Positions 34,018 to 42,486 of a stretch of 64,000 nucleotides of DNA are shown here, piece after piece. Below the pieces are notes generated by a model. It did no database searches. It was given only the letters and a program-made list of their open reading frames with translations, and was not told the origin of the DNA. This DNA is from a virus (Duplodnaviria > Caudoviricetes). The stretch is from IMG/VR virus record IMGVR_UViG_3300009788_000091, positions 1 through 64,000 of that record; one strand, given 5' to 3'. Made by a program: the position numbers and the translations under genes. Each line of letters opens with the position of its first letter. Within the stretch, counting starts at the first letter, position 1.

Positions 34018-34518
34018 TCATTCAACCCTCACACTTATATCAATATCAATATCTGGAATATCAGGTATTGGTATTGCAGGTAAATCAGGCAGATTTGGAA
34101 AAGGAATGGCCAAACTTGGTGGAAATGGGATGCTTGGTAATCCTAATGATGGCAAAGTTGGTAAATCAAGATCTGGTACATCAAGATCAGATGAAAATTC
34201 AGGTAAATCAAGATCAGGTTGATTTGGCGAATCAGGTAAACTAGGAAATGGTATAGTCAAACTAGGTGGAAACGGAATAGAAGGTAAACCTAATGATGGT
34301 AAACCAGCTATATTAACATCAGGTACATCGAGATCAGATGAAAATTCAGGTAAATCAAGATCAGGTTGATTTGGCAAATCAGGTAAACTAGGAAATGGTA
34401 TAGTTAAACTAGGTGGAAAAGGAATACTAGGTAATTCAAGTATTGGTTGACGAAATTCAAAATTAAAAACTTCATCTTCATCAATTTTTCCAATTGCTGT
34501 TGTTACAAGAGTTGACAC
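34018..34518 (-). CDS. Pro/Leu/Asp-rich repeat protein of the baseplate module
   Basis: LPSIPFPPSL(T/A)IPFP motif x3, with a 49-aa (147-nt) period. Confidence 0.7.
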   Translation of the reverse strand: MSTLVTTAIGKIDEDEVFNFEFRQPILELPSIPFPPSLTIPFPSLPDLPNQPDLDLPEFSSDLDVPDVNIAGLPSLGLPSIPFPPSLTIPFPSLPDSPNQPDLDLPEFSSDLDVPDLDLPTLPSLGLPSIPFPPSLAIPFPNLPDLPAIPIPDIPDIDIDISVRVE

Positions 34519-34926
34519 TTATTTCACCTTTTTCTTTATTTTTACTAAATCTAATCCAGTTAAATCATCTGATGTAATTTCACCAATATCTGGCGCATCT
34601 TCTAATTTTGCTGGCCCATCTACTCTAGCTTCATCTTGTAATTGAAGTTCTAAAATTTGTCGTTTTAATAATGAAGTAATCGTTGATTTTGGTACACCTG
34701 GATCAAATTCAAGTTCTAATGTTCGATAAACTGGAACCATTTCATATTGAAGTTTATTATCTTTATCCAAAATAGGAACATTTGTATTTGGATCTAATTT
34801 TGGTTTAGGAACATCAGCAATTTTAATTGGATGCCCACCACGTAAAAATTCAAATTTAAATGCAATTTTATTTGTAGCTTGGTTTACATATTTTCTAACT
34901 TGTTTAATTGAATATTTATGTTTCAT
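34519..34926 (-). CDS. Hypothetical protein
   Basis: 135-aa ORF coupled to neighbours. Confidence 0.65.
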   Translation of the reverse strand: MKHKYSIKQVRKYVNQATNKIAFKFEFLRGGHPIKIADVPKPKLDPNTNVPILDKDNKLQYEMVPVYRTLELEFDPGVPKSTITSLLKRQILELQLQDEARVDGPAKLEDAPDIGEITSDDLTGLDLVKIKKKVK

Positions 34927-35198
34927 AAAATTATACCTACTCCTGGTTGTGCGACAATTGGAAATGGGCCTCCTAATGGTCCAGTACCTGTAATCCCATT
35001 GACAAGTGTATTTACTAAAGCATTTATTTGAAAATGTAAAATAACATCTAATGCTACAGCTGTTGCAATTGCATTTGCTAATTTAATTTGATTAGCAGCA
35101 GCAACAGGATCTGCTAAAACTTCAGGAAAATTAGTTTGAAGTTGAGTTTGAAGACTTGCAAACATTGTTGCTGTTAATAATGGTGGATTTAAAGGCAT
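34923..35198 (-). CDS. Small baseplate/spike-associated protein
   Basis: KLANAIATAV...TG.G pattern commonly found after spike genes. Confidence 0.6.
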   Translation of the reverse strand: MPLNPPLLTATMFASLQTQLQTNFPEVLADPVAAANQIKLANAIATAVALDVILHFQINALVNTLVNGITGTGPLGGPFPIVAQPGVGIIL

Positions 35199-36133
35199 TA
35201 GAGTAAATTCCCTTTCAATTTAATAAATGAAGCAGTCGGCGCTGTAGGTGGAGATAAATCAAATAACGCATAAGTAACTGGAGCAAATGGCGGCCCAGTT
35301 AATCCAACAGCTGATGGATGAAAATGTGTGTCAAATAAAACAGATAAGTTCTGAGAAATAACCGCATTAAAAACAGCAAATTTACCAAGATTTACTGACC
35401 CCGCTTCAATATTTGCAACTCCAGTATTTGCAATAAATTCATCAGTTGAAATAGCTTGAATCGTCCCATCTTTTATAGTTAAAAGATTTCCATCTTTATC
35501 AGACAAAACAACATCGTCTTTTAATTTAAAAAATGATCCATCTTTTGAAACACCTGAAACAGTATTAGTTTCACTATCTAAAAATAAATAAGCACCATCT
35601 TTTCCAATTAATTTAAATGATCCATTTTTATCAATTTGAAATAAAGCGCCTGAATTGTGACGAATCACAATTTGTGGGCTATCTGCTTTATCATCTAAAA
35701 TAATTGAATGTCCTTTTCCAGTATTTAATTCAAATCTTTCTTCACCTTCAGTGTCATCAAACATTAAAATATGACCACTATTGGTTTTCCAGCCCATTCG
35801 TTTTGTATAATTTTTTTTAAATTCTTCAGCAATATCTGCTGATGTTGAATAAACCATACATCGCCATCTTGGTTCTGGTAATTCAACATCAGTAGTATCA
35901 AAACTTCCATCATCCATTTCAATTTCGATTTCTATTTCATCCCCAACTTTAGGGACAAAAAAGAATCCGGCTCCATTAGCTGAAGCATATGGATAACAAG
36001 GAAGTGCAGGAAGTGGGTATTCACCATCAAAAATTGTAGGCGCTTCAAAAAACACACCACCACGAAGTCCAACACCCAAATCTGGATCTGTATTTCGTGT
36101 TACAATTGCATTATGGGTTTGTTTAACAGACAT
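35198..36133 (-). CDS. Baseplate central spike (gpV/gp5-like)
   Basis: OB-fold (GFFFVPKVGDEI), beta-helix repeats (KTNSGHILMFDDTEG), C-terminal HxH (THFHP...TGPP) metal-binding tip. Confidence 0.9.
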   Translation of the reverse strand: MSVKQTHNAIVTRNTDPDLGVGLRGGVFFEAPTIFDGEYPLPALPCYPYASANGAGFFFVPKVGDEIEIEIEMDDGSFDTTDVELPEPRWRCMVYSTSADIAEEFKKNYTKRMGWKTNSGHILMFDDTEGEERFELNTGKGHSIILDDKADSPQIVIRHNSGALFQIDKNGSFKLIGKDGAYLFLDSETNTVSGVSKDGSFFKLKDDVVLSDKDGNLLTIKDGTIQAISTDEFIANTGVANIEAGSVNLGKFAVFNAVISQNLSVLFDTHFHPSAVGLTGPPFAPVTYALFDLSPPTAPTASFIKLKGNLL

Positions 36134-37548
36134 TAAAAACCTTCTCCCACTCCGCTTGAAATAGTACTACTACGACCACTTTCTTCTTTTTTAACTTTTT
36201 CAAATCTTCGATCAGTTTCACTAATTTCAAATGCTGGCGGTGATTGAACAACTTCATCATCAATTACATTTCTACAATTAAAACTTGTTGAATAAGGACC
36301 ATCTTTTGACATTTTATGAACAACTTTTGTAAAATAATATTTGCCTGAAAGTGTATCACTAATTCCTTCTAGATTATGAACTTGTCTAGATTGAATAACT
36401 TCATTACCCACTAATGAACCACTTCCAGTTACAAAATGTTCTTTTTGTCTTTTGATGAATTCTTGAATTGATTTTCTAGCATCGGATTCTGATTTAAATC
36501 TTTTATGTGGAGGAAATTTAAAACTTCTTCCAAAAGCTTTGAATGCAACTTGAATCCCATCTTTATTAAATGGTGGTTTAGAAAATGCTTTTGCTCCAAT
36601 TCGTGCTTCTTTTAATTCAGCAAGTTGTTTTTGTTCTTCATTCCCAAATTTTTTAAACGGATTAAATGACGATCCACCAACTTTTTTATTTGTTACTAAA
36701 AATATTTCAAAGTCTGTACCTTGGTCATATGCATCCAAAGTCGGATTAAATGATAGTAATGTATTTTTATATGAAAGATCACCTTCATTATATGTAAAAG
36801 TAAATACTTCTCTTTGTTTGGCTAATGCCCCCGGTTGAAAAAATAAAACGAATTTCTTTCGATCAGGATCAAATTTAGAAAATAAATCAAAACCATTTAT
36901 ACCTGCGATCTTTTTTAAAAATTCATAATCACTAACGCCTTTTGGTTGAACTCGGTTAAATAAACCAGCTGTTCTACGAATATTTTCAAATGATCGTGAA
37001 TCTTTAATTTTGATATCAAAACCATTTCTTGACCCAATGATTGAAGCAATTTGACTATCACGAAAATTCTTATAAGAAACTCCACTTCTTGGACGTTTTC
37101 TAGAAGCTTTATAAAGTAAATCAAAACATTCAATACTTAATGTAGGTGGTGAATCCTTTGGAAAATCAGGTTCTTTTTTTACAATAATTCCTGCTCCAAT
37201 TGTAACAAGACTTTTTCCATAACCCATTTTTAATTCAATAATATGCCCTTCAGCAAATAATTTTGAATCTAAAATTGATAACACTTTACCACCACCAAAA
37301 TTATCTATTTGATTACTAAAATTTATTATCAATTTATCAAATTGAGTAGCATTATCTTCATAACTAATTTCACTAATAAAAGTTTTAATTTCTTCAGTAA
37401 TTTGCATTGCCTGAGACCCAATACCAGCTCTAATAAATAATTCATAAACTGGGGTATGAATATCTCTTGGTTTTACTACATTAGAACCAAGTGATTGTGT
37501 TTCAGTAGCTGAAATTTTTCCTTGATTTATTAATGATGTAACGGACAT
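36133..37548 (-). CDS. Baseplate hub protein (late control D / gp27-like)
   Basis: SQIASIIG; SDYEFLKKIAGING; LSGKYYFTKVVH. Confidence 0.88.
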   Translation of the reverse strand: MSVTSLINQGKISATETQSLGSNVVKPRDIHTPVYELFIRAGIGSQAMQITEEIKTFISEISYEDNATQFDKLIINFSNQIDNFGGGKVLSILDSKLFAEGHIIELKMGYGKSLVTIGAGIIVKKEPDFPKDSPPTLSIECFDLLYKASRKRPRSGVSYKNFRDSQIASIIGSRNGFDIKIKDSRSFENIRRTAGLFNRVQPKGVSDYEFLKKIAGINGFDLFSKFDPDRKKFVLFFQPGALAKQREVFTFTYNEGDLSYKNTLLSFNPTLDAYDQGTDFEIFLVTNKKVGGSSFNPFKKFGNEEQKQLAELKEARIGAKAFSKPPFNKDGIQVAFKAFGRSFKFPPHKRFKSESDARKSIQEFIKRQKEHFVTGSGSLVGNEVIQSRQVHNLEGISDTLSGKYYFTKVVHKMSKDGPYSTSFNCRNVIDDEVVQSPPAFEISETDRRFEKVKKEESGRSSTISSGVGEGF

Positions 37549-37557
37549 GTATCACCT

Positions 37558-38421
37558 TTAAAGAAAAATTGTTGTTGGCCTATTACGTGAAGCCAATTTT
37601 AAATCCCTTAAGTCTAAATTTTCTGGAGTGTTTTTTAAAGCTATACTCTGTTGTGTAACTCTAATTTGTGAAATTTCATCTGCTTCAATAAGAATAATTT
37701 CATCACCTGGAGTCAATGTAGCTTTGCCAGGTTGAACCCGTCTTAATACATCACCCAATAACGGATCTCCATATTCTTTGTCAGCAATTGATTCAAGAGT
37801 ATCACCATCTTTCACGTTTACTGTTCTACTTTGTGTATGTAAAGACGCGCCTGGAATATTAACAAGGCTTTTTACAGTTGAAGCAATACCAATTCCACCA
37901 GCGATAATTCCAGCACCAAATTTAATTGCGCCAGCTAAATTAGAAGCTGAATCTTTTATTTCATTTTCGGTTGAAGTTTTTTGAAATTGAATATCAACAA
38001 TAGCTCCACGTAAAGCGCCATTTGTTCGAATTTCATCATAACTAATCCGAACACCACGAATAAATCCGACAAATTCTAGATCAGTTCCAATGACTAATTG
38101 AACTTTTGGAGCGCGTTTTAAAGTTGAATCTCTACGTGCAAATCTTTTTAATTCAGCTAATTGTTGATTAATACTTGTAAAAAGATCAGAAGTTTTCCAA
38201 AGTCTAGCAGTAAAACTAATTGTTTCAGCTTCTCCACGAACCCATTGAAATGCTGGTGTAGATTTATTAATTGTAGTGGTTTCTCCTAAAAAAGCACCAA
38301 TAGTTTCTTCTAAATTTTGGGCAATAAAATCACCTTCAAACTCAGTTTCAAAGCCTGAATCCAGTCCGATGATTTTAAAAGTTTTTGAACTAAACCCTAA
38401 AAGTTCACCAATAAAACCCAT
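37558..38421 (-). CDS. Tail tube initiator / LysM-domain baseplate protein
   Basis: FQWVRGEAETISF...PKVQLVIG; LysM VKDGDTLESIADKEYGD. Confidence 0.85.
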   Translation of the reverse strand: MGFIGELLGFSSKTFKIIGLDSGFETEFEGDFIAQNLEETIGAFLGETTTINKSTPAFQWVRGEAETISFTARLWKTSDLFTSINQQLAELKRFARRDSTLKRAPKVQLVIGTDLEFVGFIRGVRISYDEIRTNGALRGAIVDIQFQKTSTENEIKDSASNLAGAIKFGAGIIAGGIGIASTVKSLVNIPGASLHTQSRTVNVKDGDTLESIADKEYGDPLLGDVLRRVQPGKATLTPGDEIILIEADEISQIRVTQQSIALKNTPENLDLRDLKLASRNRPTTIFL

Positions 38422-38422
38422 T

Positions 38423-40789
38423 TTATTTTCCTATACCCAATCCGTTAGTTAAAAGTTCTGTTTTATTTAAAACTGTTCTTCCATTTGCTTCACTATTTTC
38501 AATCATTCCTTTTGTGACAGCTAATACTAAATCTTTATTTCTTAATCTAAATTCACCTTGTAAATTCACATTTGTTTGTTGAGATGCTTGCCCCTGTCTA
38601 CCTTGATTGGCAGATAATTGTCTTATTTCACTCAATAAAGCATCTTCACTTGGGGTTTTAACAGATGCTTTTTGTTTTAATGTTTCAGTAGTAATTCTTT
38701 TAAAATTAAGATCAGCATTTAAATCACTATTATTTATTCTAGGTGTTACTGAAACTCCAATTCCAGCTAATGCATCTATTCCTGCAATACCTGGAAGTGC
38801 TGATAAAGCTGATTTAATTCCACTTGTTGTTAAACCAAGTTTATCAAGAAATGAAGTTGGTAAAAAACCAACAAGTCCAGCAAATAAAATTTTAAGTGTG
38901 GATATAACTGCTTTGAATGGGAATAATAATGCTTGAATAATAGATGATCGTATTTTAAACAGAATACTTATTAATGGTTGTGCAAAAAAATCTTTTACTG
39001 AATTAAATGCGGATATGGCAGTATCCTTTATTTCTTTTCTAAAAATAAATAAAACTGCTCCAATTCCCGCTATTCCAGCAATTATTAATCCAATCGGGCT
39101 GAGTAGAAATGAAAAAAGACCAAAAGCTGCAACAAGAACAAATTTCATTACAGCAAATATTCCAAGTAAGACTGACCCCATTAAACTAAACAATCCAATT
39201 ATCCCACTAATAGCACCGCCGATAACAAAAAATGCAATTCCAAGAAATCCTAAAATTGGTGCTGCAACGGCACCAATGATAAGAATTTTTGCTGCAATTT
39301 TTCCAAAATCTTTTGCTGATAAACCAGTTAAATCAATAATTGGTTTTAAAAAATTACTAATTGTTTTAAAAGTATCTTTTGCTGTTGTTTTTATTTCTTT
39401 GAATCCTTCTTTAAATCCTTCTGCAAATAAAATTGATGAAATTAATAATCCTGCAAATTGATTATCTTTTAAATTTTTCATCTCTTTATTTAAATTTATT
39501 GTTTCACCACCAGCAAGTTGAAATCCTCTTACTAAAACTTGAATAAACTGTACTGATTTTTTTACAAGTGGTTCAATCCCAAGAGCTAAAATTGCACCAA
39601 TTTCAATTCCTAATCCTTCTGTAGCAGATTTTAAAAGTGTAAATTGGCCTATTAAACTTCTTAATCTAATTTTAGCCATTAAAGTAGCTGAACCTGCTGC
39701 ACCTAATAATTGAACTCGTAATGCAGTAATAAATGGAATAGTCCCTTCTGAAAGAATTTTATTAATTTCTTCTTGGCTTTTCCCTAATTTTTTAAATCCG
39801 GCAATTAAAAATCCTGAATTTTTGTTAGTAATTTTTACACTTCTACTAAATTGCGCATCAAAAGCACTAAAGGCCCCCGCGCCTCTTAATCCAAAAACTT
39901 CAAATGCAATTCTTGCTTTTTCAGCTGGATCTCGAATTGCAGCGATCTTTTTCGAAATGTTTGCCATAATAACAGGCACTGGTCGAAGTTTAATTTGTCC
40001 ATCAACTACTTCTTTCATTGCTCTAGCAAGACCTTCTTTTCCACCTAACGCTTTAAGTGCTAATTTACTAGGCTTAGTCAATCTGACTAAAGCATTTTTA
40101 AAAGCAGTTCCAGCAAGTGTACCTTTAATACCAGCATTTGAAATAATACCTAATGCAGCAGCAGTTTCTTCAAATGGAATTCCAAGTTGTTTTGCAGCTG
40201 GACCAGCAAGTTTTAAAGCATCTCCTAATTCAATCATGTTTGTATTAGTTCTTGCTGTCGCAAGGGCCAATACGTCTGCGACTCGAACGGCTTCTTTTGC
40301 TTCTAAACCAAATGCTCCTAATTGATTAACTGTAATTCTTGCTGAATCAGCCAAGGTAATTCCAGATGCAGCAGCTGCATCTAAAACGCCTGGGAGTGCA
40401 GCAATGACTTGTCGTTGATTTAATCCTGCTCTGGCAAGAAATTCTGCTCCTTCACCAGCTTGTTTTGCTGTAAAAATTGTAGTCGCCCCAAGAAGTTTTG
40501 TTGTACTATTTAATTCTTTCATATCTTCATCAGTAGATAAAAGAATTGCCTGAACAGTTGCCATTTGCGCTTCAAAACTTGCAAAAGTTTTAATAGCAGC
40601 AGCAGCTCCAATTGTAAGTGGTGCTAATCCAATTCCTGCTGAACGTAATCCTTGACCAACTCGACTTACTGCTTCACTTGCTTTTCTGACTGAAGAACGA
40701 AAACTATTAAATTTTGCTTTAGTTCGTTGAAGGGAGCGTTCTGCACCAGTTGAGCTAAATCTTAAGATGGCATTTAATTGAAAAGCCAT
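38423..40789 (-). CDS. Tape measure protein (TP901-type core)
   Basis: FEAQMATVQA...TTIFTAKQAGEGAEFLARAG...ADVLA...TNTNM..LGDALK...GIKGTLAGTA; C-terminal hydrophobic stretches. Confidence 0.93.
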   Translation of the reverse strand: MAFQLNAILRFSSTGAERSLQRTKAKFNSFRSSVRKASEAVSRVGQGLRSAGIGLAPLTIGAAAAIKTFASFEAQMATVQAILLSTDEDMKELNSTTKLLGATTIFTAKQAGEGAEFLARAGLNQRQVIAALPGVLDAAAASGITLADSARITVNQLGAFGLEAKEAVRVADVLALATARTNTNMIELGDALKLAGPAAKQLGIPFEETAAALGIISNAGIKGTLAGTAFKNALVRLTKPSKLALKALGGKEGLARAMKEVVDGQIKLRPVPVIMANISKKIAAIRDPAEKARIAFEVFGLRGAGAFSAFDAQFSRSVKITNKNSGFLIAGFKKLGKSQEEINKILSEGTIPFITALRVQLLGAAGSATLMAKIRLRSLIGQFTLLKSATEGLGIEIGAILALGIEPLVKKSVQFIQVLVRGFQLAGGETINLNKEMKNLKDNQFAGLLISSILFAEGFKEGFKEIKTTAKDTFKTISNFLKPIIDLTGLSAKDFGKIAAKILIIGAVAAPILGFLGIAFFVIGGAISGIIGLFSLMGSVLLGIFAVMKFVLVAAFGLFSFLLSPIGLIIAGIAGIGAVLFIFRKEIKDTAISAFNSVKDFFAQPLISILFKIRSSIIQALLFPFKAVISTLKILFAGLVGFLPTSFLDKLGLTTSGIKSALSALPGIAGIDALAGIGVSVTPRINNSDLNADLNFKRITTETLKQKASVKTPSEDALLSEIRQLSANQGRQGQASQQTNVNLQGEFRLRNKDLVLAVTKGMIENSEANGRTVLNKTELLTNGLGIGK

Positions 40790-40808
40790 TTATTTTTTCT
40801 CCCCCTAT

Positions 40809-41051
40809 TTATTTCCCCAAATATTTCATTTTACCAGTTGTTGTAGGTTTAATGCTTGATTTTGATTTCTCCATTGCTCTAGTTTCATCAATTTTTTGTT
40901 TTGTTAATCTTTTTAAGGCAAAAAAGAAATCCTTCCTTTTCATCTTACGAATCTCCGTCCAAGTCACACCGCCTTGCATGTTGTAGGACAAAACAAATTT
41001 GCCCTCCAATATTTCATCCCTTGCGGTTATAGGGATGAACTGTCGAAAAAA
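40809..41051 (-). CDS. Tail assembly chaperone, frameshift extension (gpT-like)
   Basis: -1 frame ORF overlapping the end of 41027..41911, just before the tape measure gene. Confidence 0.7.
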   Translation of the reverse strand, partial: FFRQFIPITARDEILEGKFVLSYNMQGGVTWTEIRKMKRKDFFFALKRLTKQKIDETRAMEKSKSSIKPTTTGKMKYLGK

Positions 41052-41911
41052 TATTGATAACTCCAATCTATAGCTTTATAAAAAGGTCTTTTACAATGGC
41101 TACATTTACCTTCCATCGCCATAAGTGGACCCCCACTATTATCTGTTATCAATTCTGAAATTTTCTCAATATCAATTTTTTTCAACTTTTTAATAATAGT
41201 TTTAATATCGAAAAATTTTGTATTATCTGGTTTAGAAGTGGAAACTTTTTCGATACTTGTTTCAAAAAGTAATTTTTTCATCTTACCTGCATTTTGAACA
41301 ACACTAATATCCGCCTTTTCCATTGTATACCATTTTGAATGGTTTACCCAAATTGTAGTGATAATATCTTTATCAATATGAATTGGTTTTGCTAAATCAT
41401 ATCTTTTTAATCGTTCATGTTCTTCATTTTTTTGATGAATTTCTAAAGTTTTAAGATCTGCTTTAAAATTTTTCATTAATTTAAAACAACTTGGACACGA
41501 TATTTCCATTTTTAATTCATATCCAAGTTCTTCAGTTCGAAGAAACATGTACATATACATCATGTTTGCAAAATCGACTTGATTTAATTTTGCAGTTTTC
41601 TGATCGTCTGAAAATGATTTGAAGTCTTCACCCGCAAGTTGATCTAATAAAATGCCCATCATTTTATTAATCATTATTCCGACATTATTTTCATCATTCC
41701 AAATTGCAGCGATTTTTTCTTCAATATCCATATCCCATTCAATAAAACTGAAACTACGATCCTTGATAAAAGCACCGTCTTCTCTCGTTGGGATAACAGG
41801 CAGGTTTGGTCCTAGATCAAATAGTGTTGTAATTTCATACGGTTTATCACTAAATGATTTTTTTTCTTGTTTTACGTTTTCTTCTTTATTTTCCATTTTG
41901 CATTCCCCCAA
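41027..41911 (-). CDS. Tail assembly chaperone / T4 gp26-like protein
   Basis: Two CxxC pairs (CPSC, CSHC); located between tube and tape measure genes. Confidence 0.75.
   Translation of the reverse strand: MGECKMENKEENVKQEKKSFSDKPYEITTLFDLGPNLPVIPTREDGAFIKDRSFSFIEWDMDIEEKIAAIWNDENNVGIMINKMMGILLDQLAGEDFKSFSDDQKTAKLNQVDFANMMYMYMFLRTEELGYELKMEISCPSCFKLMKNFKADLKTLEIHQKNEEHERLKRYDLAKPIHIDKDIITTIWVNHSKWYTMEKADISVVQNAGKMKKLLFETSIEKVSTSKPDNTKFFDIKTIIKKLKKIDIEKISELITDNSGGPLMAMEGKCSHCKRPFYKAIDWSYQYFFDSSSL
41045..41051 (-). promoter_or_regulatory. Programmed -1 ribosomal frameshift site T TTT TTC
   Basis: In-frame TAT TTT TTC; a -1 shift enters the downstream ORF (FFRQFIP...). Confidence 0.7.
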
Positions 41912-41967
41912 TTAATAATCTTTTTGATTATTTTGTTTGGAACGTTAATTAATTTTATAAATCGTAC

Positions 41968-41986
41968 TGTTTTACAATGTTATACA
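41968..41986. promoter_or_regulatory. Tandem box TGTTTTACA-A-TGTTATACA
   Basis: Intergenic, upstream of the chaperone/TMP operon. Confidence 0.7.
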
Positions 41987-42011
41987 ATTATCTTACTTTA
42001 AAACCTCTCGA

Positions 42012-42455
42012 TTAAACAGGGAGTGGTCTATCAGCAGAAAATGTCCATTCAAGCATTGCTGGTTCACCTTCATTTGCGAGATCCAAATCGGGTGTCTTTT
42101 TCTTCAGAATCCACAATCCAGTCAAAGAGGTAGTCGATGCTATGTTTCCAAAGATACTGCGCTTAACAAGCGTTCCTACCTTCTTGTAGAGCGGATCTAC
42201 AGGATCTCTACCTTGAACAAACCAAAATTGTAATGCTGTGCGCTCTGCAACATGATGTTCAAAGGTTGTTCCTGTAAATTCGATTGGTTTGCTATTACCA
42301 CCAGATGCTTTAGTTCTATCTGGTAAATCGACAGCTTCAGTTTCATCTTCAAATCCTGTAAGAGTTGCAAAAACAATCGGAGGAAGGCCGACGATTATTA
42401 ATGAATAATTATTTACAGGAATATGACCAGCTTGAACCGATCCTTGTAAAACCAT
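42012..42455 (-). CDS. Tail tube protein (T4 gp19-like)
   Basis: Follows the sheath; 147 aa; LQFWF...YKKVGTL...PDLD pattern. Confidence 0.85.
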   Translation of the reverse strand: MVLQGSVQAGHIPVNNYSLIIVGLPPIVFATLTGFEDETEAVDLPDRTKASGGNSKPIEFTGTTFEHHVAERTALQFWFVQGRDPVDPLYKKVGTLVKRSIFGNIASTTSLTGLWILKKKTPDLDLANEGEPAMLEWTFSADRPLPV

Positions 42456-42486
42456 ATTGTTCTCCTTTTTTAATCAACTAAAAATA

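Noticed and set aside
38607-40325. Long plus-strand ORFs antisense to the tape measure gene, and similar ones opposite other structural genes
   Set aside because: Antisense shadows caused by codon bias; no RBS or recognisable motifs
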